From assembly GCA_025594325.1 (NCBI GenBank), contig JANHCV010000001.1, positions 124,001-188,000 on the forward strand: a DNA stretch of 64,000 bases, read 5' to 3'. Under the pieces are notes generated by a model. The model was given only the letters and a program-made list of their open reading frames with translations. It was not told the origin of the DNA and did no database searches. Positions 11,982 to 22,273 of the stretch are shown piece by piece. Numbering within the stretch: the stretch's first letter is position 1; each line of letters begins with the position of its first letter. This DNA comes from Blastocladiella emersonii ATCC 22665. Lineage: Eukaryota > Fungi > Blastocladiomycota. The position numbers were made by a program, and so were the translations under genes.

Positions 11982-13409
11982 ATGTTCGCGTCGACCGCCT
12001 CTGCATCTGCCTCGCTCGCCCGCCGGGCGGCCCTGCGCTCCCCGTCCCTCGTGGCCGCGCGCCGCACGTTGTCGAGCGACTCGACTGCCGCCGCCGCCGC
12101 CGCGCCGTGGGTCGCGGGTGCCAAGACGGCAGCGGGCGTGGTCGGGCTCGGGCTGTTTGCCGTGTACGCCATGGATTCTCGCGCCGGGCTGCACAAGCTG
12201 GTGACTATGCCGCTGGTGCGCGCGTGCATCGATCCCGAGGTCAGCCATACGCTCTCCGTCAGGCTCGCCAAATGGGGGCTCGCGCCGCGCGACCGGCAGC
12301 CCGACGACAAGGCCCTCGAGACGACGCTGTGGGGGAAGCGCATTGCGAACCCCGTGGGCCTGGCCGCCGGCTTCGACAAGCACGCCGAGTGCATTGACGG
12401 CATGATGGACATGGGCTTTGCGACCGTCGAGATCGGCTCCGTCACGCCCAAGCCTCAGGTACGAGACCCGTGAGTCTACACCTGCCGACGACGCAGGCGC
12501 CAGAGTACTTGGCTAACGAGAGCACGGTAGCCCGGCAACCCGAAGCCGCGCGTGTTCCGCCTGCCCGAGGACGGCGCCGTCATCAACCGGTACGGCTTCA
12601 ACTCGGACGGCCACCAGATTGTGCTCCAGCGCCTGCAGCAGCGCGTGCGCTCGCACCGCTTCCACCACTCGGACGACGCGGCGGCCACCGAGGAGCCCCG
12701 CAAGTCGCTCTGCGCCGGCCGCCTGCTCGGCGTCAACCTCGGCAAGAACAAGTCGTCGGCGGCCGAGTCGCACGACGACTACGTGCGCGGCGTCCGCCTC
12801 TTTGCGCGCGAGGCCGACTACCTCGTGGTCAACGTGTCGTCGCCCAACACGCCCGGGCTGCGCGCCCTGCAGCGGCGGTCGGTCCTACGCGAGCTTATGC
12901 AGGCCGTGGTGGACGAGCGCAACGCCACGGGCGCCAAGACGCCCATCTGCGTCAAGATTGCCCCGGACATGACGGACGCCGAGCTCGCCGACGTGGCGGC
13001 TGTGGCGCTCGAGACGGGCATCGACGGGCTCATCGTGTCCAACACGACGGTGCAGCGGCCCGCCCACCTCAAGTCCGAGCCCGACCTCGTCAACCAGGCG
13101 GGCGGACTCTCGGGCGCGCCCGTGTTTCCGCTCGGCCTGCGCGCCGTGGCCGCGGTCCGCCGCGAGGTCGGCGACAAGCTCCCGATCATCGGGTGCGGCG
13201 GCATCCGCACCGCCCGCGAGGCCCTCGCTTACGCACGCGCCGGCGCCAAGACGGTCCAGCTGTACACTGGGCTTGCCCTCGACGGGCCAGGCGTTGTGGC
13301 CGACGTGAAGGACGGTGTCGCGCGCTACCTCAACACACACGGGCTCGTCTGGGACGACGTGGTCGGCGCCGACGCGCGCGGCGTCAAGCTACCCGAGTAC
13401 CGCGACTGA
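11982..13409 (+). CDS. URA9: Class 2 (quinone, mitochondrial) dihydroorotate dehydrogenase, about 451 aa
   Basis: Exons 11982-12458 and 12531-13409. Arg/Ala/Ser-rich presequence plus a TM helix, then NPVGLAAGFDK, EIGSVTPKPQPGNPKPRVFRL, INRYGFNS, NVSSPNTPGLR, VKIAPD, SNTT, GGLSG and GCGGI. Confidence 0.97.
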
Positions 13410-13668
13410 CGGCCTACTCTCTGCGCCAGCGGCGACGACGTGAGCGTGTCGATATAAATACAGGCGGATTGATTGCAACCTTGGATTTGAGCAGGGGCGG
13501 GGGCAAGTGAGGCCCGCTCTGCGTGGCGACCGAGCCACGTGCAGCCGACGCACTCGGGGCGCCATGCAGCACGCGTCGCCCCTCGTGCGCGCACCGAGGT
13601 GCTTCCATGTCAACCGCAGCGACGAGGACGTCGCAGACGACGCAGCTACGAATCACGCACCCACTGCA

Positions 13669-16600
13669 ATGGCACCAACCACCCGCAGATCGACGCGCGG
13701 CGCGGCGGCCAAGGCGGCGGCGGCCGTCTCCGCCGCCGTTGCCGCCACGGCCGCTCCGTCATCGCCCCCGCCCGCGCAGCGCCATCGCGCCCAGCTCGGC
13801 ATGGAGTGGTCCGACTCGGAGGAGCCACCGCCGACCGCCGAGGCCGCATCCGCTTCCCGGGCGCGCCGGCACGGCGACTCGGACATGGAGTTTGACGACG
13901 ACGACGACACGGACGGCGAGTACCGCGACCTCAACGACGTCGACGAGGAGGACATGGAGGTCGACCCTGCGCCCACCGCTGCGCCTGGTCCCGCCCCCAA
14001 GCTCAAGGCCAAGCACAAGCTGAACCCGCCCCACCCGCCGCAGAACTACCTCCAGCAACAGCAGCGCCTTTCGGGTATGCCGTACCACGGCTACCTGCCG
14101 CCCATCGACCCGATCCAGCAGGAGCTCGAAGCGTCCCTGTTCGGCCTGGCCATGAGCGACAGCGACGACGACGACGTGATCGCGCAAGACGCCGCCGAGT
14201 TCGCCGCCTTCAACGAGGAGCACGACGCCGCCATGGCGGCCGCTTTCCTCGACCCGACCTCCGCTGCTGCCGCCGCCGCCGCCGCGAGCGACCCGGCCGC
14301 CTGGATTCTCGGCGCCGACGCGGGGTTCGCCACCCGCCTGCACCAGCAGCCGCCCGGGTCCACCATGGCGCCCATTGGCGGCGGTTACCCCGGCGGTTTT
14401 GTTCCACCGTCGACCGACGGGCCCGAGGGCGACCTCGACGCCCACTACAACTTTGCCAACCCGGACCTCCGCCGCCTCATCTTCCCGGGCACCATGCCGC
14501 CACCTGCCCCCGTCGCCGCCGGCCCGCGCGCAGGTCCCGGACGTCGCTACCGGACCATCTCCATGGACGGCGCTAGCAGCGACGCGGGTATGCTACTCTC
14601 GCCGACGGGCTCCGCGTTTGCGTTGGGCGGCTCGGGTGGTGCCAAGGATGCAGCAGCAGCAGCAGCGGCGGCGGCAGCTACCACCGCCATGGGCCACAGG
14701 CCCGACGATTTCTTCCCCGCAGCCGACGAGGACGAGGACGAGAGTGGTGACAGCATGGACGACCAGGAGGAGTACGAGGAAGTGCACCGCGACTCGCTGC
14801 GCGCGCGCTCGGGCGTCGGCAAGATCCGCAGTCGTCGGTCCGGCACGCGGCGCCGGCGCAATGACCCCAACGCCGCCGAGCCCGTCCGACAGCACATCGC
14901 CAACGCGCAGTCGTACTACATTGATCAAGATTTCGAGGCGGCAAACGCCGAGTGCCAGCAAGCCATCATGGTCGAGCCGCGTGCCGACGCGGCCTACCGG
15001 ACGCTCGGGCTCATCGCCGAGGTTCACCATGACTACCGGCGCGCCCTCACCATGTACATGATCATGGCGCACCTGATCCCGCGCGACTACGACATGTGGC
15101 GCCGGCTTGCCGTGTTTGCGCGCCAGTACGGGACCGAGCGCGAGCAGTTTCACTGCTACCGAAAGGCCATGTCGGCCGAGCCGCGCGACACGCTCGTCCC
15201 GTGGAAGCTGATCAACATGTACGAGGCCAAGGGCCAACTCTCCCCGCAGGTCGACCTGTACCGCCACCTGCTGCGCCACCTCGACCACAACATGCTCCTC
15301 GTGCGCGACGTGGTGCGCATCCTCGGCCAGAAGGGCGGCAAGAACCACCGCGCCGAGGCCGCTGATCTGTGGGCTGGCGCCCTCGCCCACCACGCGCGCG
15401 GCAAGTTCAAGCACCCGTGGGTCCCGCCGACCGACTCGGAGCTGCGCGAGATTGTGGTCCCGAGCTCCGACACGTTCCTCGGCCGCGTACACTACACCAA
15501 GCGCCTCGCCGCTGCTGTCGAGGGCGTGCCCGCGACCGCCGAAAACGGCGCATGCTGCGTGCATGACCTGTACTGGGCCGCTGAGCTGATGCTCGACCTC
15601 GGGCGCTACGCGCGGCTCGCTGTCCTCATCAAGCGCGTGCTGCGGTTCCTGCAGGGCCGCCACACCGAGGTGTGGGCCGACGACGAGGCCGCGGGCATGC
15701 CCGCCGACGACACCGAGTACGACCCGGTCGCGTTCCCGCGCCCGCCGCTCGAGGATGGCGCACCCGACGGGCTCTCCGGGATGCCGCTCGAGCTCCGTGT
15801 CATGCTCGGCGTGTGTCGCCTCCACCTCCGCCAGCCCGACCTCGCCAAGCTTCACTTTGGCGTGCTTCGCGACCATTTCTCGATCGAGGACCACGAGGAA
15901 CTGTACGACCTCATGTGGCAGGCGTACCTCGACACCAACATGTACGCCGAGGCGATTCCCGTGTTCGACGAGGCCCTGGCGCGCCTCGCTGCGAGCGATG
16001 CCGCCCTCACCAACAACCCGCCCATCGAGGAGCCCGACACCGAGGAGGCGGCCGAGGCCAAGGCCGAGGCCGACGAGGACCTGCGCCAACTGCGGCAGTT
16101 CACGCGCTCCACGCTGCACTTCAAGCGCGGGCAGTGTCTCGTCCGCCTCGGTGACCTCGCCGGTGCCATTGCCGAGATGGAGGCGTCGCTCGAGCTCAAC
16201 CGCACCGCGCTCGAGCCGCGCGAGGAGCTCGCGAACCTGTACAAGCTCGACGGCCGCGAACACCTCGCCTTCGAGCTGCTCACGGAGGCCGAATCGCTGT
16301 TCGACAACCGCGAGAACGACTCGGTCCTGTTTGCGCGGCGTAGTGACGCCCGTGGTTCGCGGCGCCGTGGGGGCGCCGGGCGGTACCACGACCGCGCGGG
16401 CGCCCAGTCCGCAGCGGGCGAGGCCGAGGCGGTGCGCGGCATGGGCGCGCTCCTTCTTGACAACGAACGGCAGCCGATCAAGTCGGAGCGCGAGCGGCTG
16501 GCGACGCGGTCGACGCGCAAGTCGGCGCTCGCGGCCAAGGAGCACGAGATCCGCGTCAAGTTCGACAAGCTCAAGCTCGTCGGCGACCGGTTCGACCAGC

Positions 16601-17948
16601 TCGACAACGAGCGCCGCAGCAACTACCTCCTCACGGCCGCGTCGCTCTTCGACACGCTCCGCAACACGGCCGCCTTCTACCCGTCCGACCGCACCGTGAC
16701 GTTTGCCGGTGTCGACGCCAACGGCCGCATCCGCAACACCAAGATCAACAAGCTGCGCCTCGTCGACGAAGCCGAGTTCCACACGGTCGAGCGCCGCATG
16801 TTTCTTGGTACGTTGCGGCTCACGGTTGGTTGCAAACGAGGAGGTGCGGACTGGGGCTGACATTCGGTTGAACGTGTAGCGCCCCGCGCCAACTACGACC
16901 CCAAGGACCTGGAAAAGTACAACCAGGAGAAGCATAAGATTGCCTTCGCTAACTCGTACCTCGGTTTCTCGCTCGACGATTGGTACGAGCAGCTGATTCG
17001 GGTACGCGTCGCCTCCGCTTGCGCACCGTGCGTGTGCGCCACGAGGACTGACACATCGCATCCGCCGTTCGCATTCGCATCTAGTACTGCGTCGCCCTGG
17101 TCAAGAACCACCAGTCGGACCGCGCGTTCGACGTGCTCCATTCCATGGCCACCGCCAACATCTTCTGGCACGACAACGGCAAGATGCTCCGCATGCACGT
17201 CGTGGGCGTCTCGCTCGCGGTGGCCAGCCAGCGGCCGAGCCAGGCGGCGCAGTACTGCCGCTGGCTCATCAACAACCACCCGTACTCGGCCAACGTGTAC
17301 CGCGTGTACACGCTTGCCATGTCGGCGGGCACGCGCGACCGGCTCGCGTTCGCGTCGACCAACTGCCAGAAGTTCTTCAAGCGCACGCTGCTGCAGCGGT
17401 TCGCAGGCCCGATCCGCAAGCACATGACGCCGGCCGAGGTCGAGGCGCACGGGCACCACCCGGCGGTCCCCGTCCACGACGAGCCCGAGCTGGTGTGGAC
17501 GGCCAAGCCCCTGCTGCTCACGCTGTATGGGCACATCCTGTCGTGTGCGGCGAGCTACCTCCCCGCGGTCGCGCACTACCTGCGCGCCTACGCGCTCTCG
17601 CCCGAGGACGCCATGCTCAACCTGTCACTCGGGATCGCGTTCCTGCACCGCGCCATGCAGCGCAAGTCGGACAACCGGCACCTGCAGGTCGCGCAGGGGC
17701 TCGCGTTCCTGTTCCGCTACGCCGAGTTTGCCAAGCACCCCAAGACGCTCGTCTACTACAACCTCGGGCGCGGGTTCCACCAGATCGGGCTCATGCCGCT
17801 CGCCGTCCGGTACTACCGCTTTGCGCTCGAGGGGCGCGACGACGAGCGGTACCTCCGCGAGGTGGCCTACAACCTCGTCCTCGTCTACGTGCACAGCAAC
17901 TCGCCGCACCTCGCGCGTCGCGTCATGAAGGAGTACCTCGCCGTGTGA
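13669..17948 (+). CDS. TFC4: TFIIIC TPR subunit (Tfc4/tau131/GTF3C3-like), about 1374 aa
   Basis: Exons 13669-16807, 16880-17001, 17085-17948. Acidic N-terminus and TPR arrays; C-terminal NLSLGIAFLHRAMQRKSDNRH and YNLGRGFHQIGL...REVAYNLVLVY match the family. The start is uncertain (another in-frame ATG at 13564). Confidence 0.9.
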
Positions 17949-18157
17949 TGATGGGATGATATATCGAAGTTGAGATCACGTAAACGACTTGCTGGCGAGT
18001 CAGGGAGCGTCGTGGTCAAGGTCGTGGCCGTGGACCCCGAGCTGGCCCTCGAGTGGCTCGGCCAGCGGCCGGTGGCCAGCGCCGCGCTTCTCCTACGCAA
18101 CGTTCCCGCTACCTTGCTTCTGCCAATCACTGCATGCAACCCAACGCATCAACCACC

Positions 18158-19515
18158 ATGTCATCAGCAACCCCGCCATCGTTCATCGGCACCCTGTCCG
18201 TGCACGTTGTCCGCGCGCGCGAGCTCGGGAAGCGGTACAACGCCAAGATGCCGTTCAAGATGTTCCGCATGGATCCGTACGCCGTGGTGTCGCTCGTGCA
18301 GGGCGACGAGCGGCGCACGCAGCCGTGCATGGCCGGCGGCCGCACGCCGTCGTGGGAGCGCGAGGCACCCATGACCTTCACGGTCCCCGCCCACGCGCGG
18401 CCCGTGCTGCAGGTCGACGTGCGCGACAGCAGGGCCATGGGCGAGGACCGCATCCTCGGCCGCGCAGCAGTCCCCGTCGCCGAAGTCGTACGCGGCAAAC
18501 AGACCGAGCTGCTCGAGTGGCACCCGCTTGTCGCGGTCAAGGACGGCTCGCCCGCTGGTGAGGTGTGCGTCAAGGTGTCATTTGAATCAGCAGTACGTCA
18601 ATGCGGCCGCCCCGCCTCGCCTCGCCCTCGCCCTCGCCCTCGCCCGCTTCAAACCTCCCGCTGATCGATGACGTGTAGGCCAAGAGCACGGTTGTTGTCA
18701 GCTTTGCGCAATCGCCGTCCTCCACCTCGACTGCGGCTGCGACTACGGCCACGCCGACGACCGCCGCACCACGGCCGCCCGCGCAGACGTACATGGACCA
18801 GGTGGCGCCCGTCGCGCAGTGCCCGCAGGACCAGCTCGACGTGTATTCCACCATGAGGACTGCACTGTCCGGTTCCTCGTTGTCGCAGCAGGCGTCCACC
18901 ACGGGTTACGGCAGCCTGCCGTACTCCCACGCTATCCCTTCGCCGCTCCCCTCACCGCACCAACATCCGTTCGCGTCGCCCATGAGCCACACGGGTGGGT
19001 CTGCGGTGAGCTCGCACTGCTCGGAATACGCGCCCGCCGCGATGCCAACGCCTGGCGCGTTCCCAGCGCTTCCGCCGCTGCCAGCTGGGGTCCCGCAGGC
19101 ACACGTGCCCGCACACCACGGGAGCGTGTCGATGCCGACGCCGCAGCCGCCGTCGCGGCACGGGAGCGTGTCGATGCCCATGCCGCAGCTGCCGTCGAGG
19201 CAGGGAAGCCTCGCGATGCCGGTCCCAGCGCCGACGGACAGCATGTCGCCCATGGGTGTCCTGATCGCGCCGCCGCAGATTTTGGCGGCGTATCCCGCCA
19301 CCATGTGCGTGCCGCCGGTCGCGACGCCAGTTCCGCCGCCGCCCGTGGGGCAGCGACCTGTCAGCGTCATGGTGCCCCATCATCTTCCGCCGCAGCTTCC
19401 TCCGCAGGCGCCGCAAATGCCGGTGCCGCGGCCAGTGAGCGTGGCGGTATCGTACCCGCAGCAGCCGTACCCGCAACAAGCGCAAGTTCAGTACGCGAAC
19501 GGGGCGTGGTGGTAG
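18158..19515 (+). CDS. N-terminal C2-domain protein with a Pro/Gln-rich tail (Fic1/Inn1-like architecture), about 423 aa
   Basis: Exons 18158-18592 and 18679-19515. C2 signature GTLSVHVVRAREL...MDPYAVV...GGRTPSWE...LQVDVRD...LG...EWHPL...GEV; PxxP-rich C-terminal half. Confidence 0.8.
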
Positions 19516-19578
19516 CCGAGGAGACGAGAAAGCCATTGTCCAGCGTTGCGCGCCAAAGTGTTTATCACAGTAGAAGTG

Positions 19579-20651
19579 TTACAAAAAGTCGTCGTCGTCG
19601 CTGGAGCTCGACTCGATTGGTTTGATGGCGGGAATCGTTGAGAGTGCGGCGGCGGCGGCGGGAGCGGCGTTTCGCTTGCCGCGGACCTTGCCGGGGTGGG
19701 TCTTGCCGCGCTTAGAGGCCTCGAAAGGGCCAGCGGACTTCGCAGCGGCGGCGGCGGCAGCGGCGGTGGCGGTGCGGTCGGCAGCGAAGGTGGCAAGCGC
19801 GCCCGTGAGGTGGTCGTTGCGTCGTGCGAGGAGCTGGCGTGGGGCAAGGGCAGTTGTTAGACGCGATCACGAGTGCGAGTGAGGAGGAGTCGCGGTGGTA
19901 CCTTGACGTCGTCGGCCGAGATGGTGGTCCTGCTGCGGTGCCTGAAGGGGACGCGCGAATCGTGAGTTTGCTGCATGCGATCGCGACAAAGGAGACATCA
20001 AGCACTTGGCAAACGCGTGGACGTCGCGAGCCCAGAGCTCTGGCAGAGGGGAAGAAAGCGTCAGCGTGCGTTGGAGTAGGCGACAGGTACTCCACGCGTA
20101 CCAAGTTGGGCAAACACGACCTGCGAGACGGCGGCAATGAATGGTTTGGGGATCCGGGCGTCCATCTGCGACTCTTCGCGGAGAGCCACGTTGCCCGTTG
20201 CGTAGTGCACGGCCTTGCGCAGGGCTTCGAGCTTTTCAGCACGGGCGGCGGTGGCCTCGGCGTCCCCGGCGTCGCCGTCGTCGAGATCGCCGAGCCCGTC
20301 GAGGATCTCGGCCTCGTTGAGCGACAGGTCGGGGGCCACGGTCTCGCCGTCCAGCTCGCGCGGCGTTGCGGAAGCAGAGCTCGGGGCGGCCCTGGACGCG
20401 CGAGGCCGTACGCGAGTCCTGGACGGGCCGGTTGCGCTGCTCCCGTCGTCGCTGCTGTCGTTCAGAGAATCGACGCGGACGCGCTTGCGCTGCGCCGGGG
20501 CGGGAGGAGGAGGCAGAGCGGACAGCGGGGCCGCGGCGTCGCTGCCGTCGGGGTCCACGCCGTCGAGGTCGAAGGGCTCGTCGACGATGCGGGCGCGGCG
20601 CCACGCGGGGATGCCGGGCTCGCGGAACCGGAACTCTTCGTCGCTATCCAT
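19579..20651 (-). CDS. MHF1: CENP-S/MHF1 histone-fold protein with long acidic extensions, about 292 aa
   Basis: Exons 20651-20102, 20039-20006, 19941-19902, 19833-19579. The spliced core LRKAVHYATG...FIAAVSQVVFAQLELWARDVHAFAKHRSRTTISADDVKLLARRN matches CENP-S. Confidence 0.88.
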
Positions 20652-20704
20652 TGCATGCAGGGTGGGTTGTTGGTCGGTTGGGGCGGAGAGCGCGAGCGTG
20701 AGAG

Positions 20705-20736
20705 CGTGAGTCCCTCGCGACGTGAGTCCCTCGCGA
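20705..20736 (+). repeat. 16-bp perfect tandem duplication (CGTGAGTCCCTCGCGA x2) in the MHF1/RAB7 divergent promoter
   Basis: Seen directly in the sequence; a GTCACGTG E-box follows at 20771-20778. Confidence 0.85.
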
Positions 20737-21183
20737 CCGAGGCGGCCGTCGCGTCGCGCGCGGCGTGCCGGTCACGTGGCAGGGCGCCGCCGCGTTTTTC
20801 TTGCTCAGCCAGCTGCCCGCCGCGCCGACCGCTCCCATCGGCGCGCGCCCCCGCTCTCCCCGCCCCGAAGCCCTGCCCGAAGCCCGCACCGCGACGCGCC
20901 CGCCGCCCTGCAACGTAAGCTGACGAACGCATCGACACCCGCACCCTGTGCACCCGCCCGCGCTGCAACGTACGCGCCCGCGTCTGCGCCGCGCGCTCGC
21001 GTCGCGCAAACTCTACGGGGCCGCCCGCCCGCGTCACTCATCGCGCCGCAGCGACGTCGCCCCCGCAGACGGTGCGCCGTCGCGCCGCCCGAATGGAATG
21101 CTGACGCGTCGACCTGCGCGCGCCGCTGGCTAGCCCGCCCAAAACCCGGCCCCCCCAAGCACCAACCCGTCCCGCCTGCAGCC

Positions 21184-22034
21184 ATGGCACACCAGCCCAA
21201 GCGCAAGCTGATCCTCAAGGTCCTCATCCTGGGCGACTCGGGGTGCGCCGTCCCTGCCTCGCCGTCGCCGCCGCCGCCGCCCCACGTGCTGACTGCCCTC
21301 GCGCGCCCCGCCCGCCCCATCGCCTAGCGTCGGCAAGACCTCGCTCATGAACCAGTATGTCAACAAGCGCTTCTCCATGCAGTACAAGGCCACCATCGGC
21401 GCTGACTTCCTCACCAAGGAGCTCACCATCGGCGACGCCGTCGTGACGCTTCAGGTCCGTCTCCCGCAACCCGCCGCTCGCCTCGACTCCCGCCGACCAT
21501 CGCTAACCGGACCAACTTGCTACTCGCGTAGATGTGGGACACTGGTACTCCACCCTCCCGCACGGACCCACGCCTGCCCGCGCGCTCACACGCCGCACTC
21601 GTGTAGCCGGCCAGGAGCGCTTCCAGTCGCTCGGCGTCGCCTTCTACCGCGGCGCCGACTGCTGCGTCCTCACCTACGACGTGAGCAACGCAAAGTCGTT
21701 CGACGCCCTCTCGAGCTGGCGCGACGAGTTCCTGCAGCAGGGCTCCCCCGCCAACCCCGACGCCTTCCCCTTTGTCGTGCTCGGCAACAAGGTCGATGTC
21801 GAGGACTCCAAGCGCCAGGTCACCTTGCGCCGCGCCCAGGCCTGGTGCGCCGAGAAGGGCAACGTCCCGCACTTTGAGACCTCGGCCAAGGACGCCACCA
21901 ACGTCGAGGACGCCTTCCGCACCATTGCCGAGCTCGCCCTGAAGAACGTCTCGGACGACATCCCCTACGACTTCCCCGAGCCCATCCGGCTGGACGCCAA
22001 CGCCCGCGCCCAGGACGACGGCTGCGCGTGCTAG
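21184..22034 (+). CDS. RAB7: Rab7/Ypt7 small GTPase, 208 aa
   Basis: Exons 21184-21242, 21328-21454, 21532-21544 (13 nt), 21607-22034. Motifs [50 protein letters not shown] and ETSAK, plus a C-terminal CxC prenylation motif (CAC). Confidence 0.98.
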
Positions 22035-22273
22035 CCCCGTCGCCTCGCCTCGCGCCGGGCTCGTCGTGTTTCCCAGCCGCTTCTGCTGCTGCCGCAGTCG
22101 CTGCCGTCGCTGTCCCGCATGCTCATGCTGGCCCTCCTCCTTCCCATAGCCTCGACCCGGAGCACCCACCACCTACCCTCACGCCCTCTTGTTACGATTC
22201 GTTCCCTCGTACACGAACACAGTTCTCGTTTCTGACCATCAGCAACAGTGGATGATATTAACGAGTAACTGAA

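Noticed and set aside
13407-13457. DHODH stop in a TGA-CGG readthrough-type context
   Set aside because: The extension (RPTLCASGDDVSVSI) has no PTS1 or other signal, and the context is common in GC-rich DNA.
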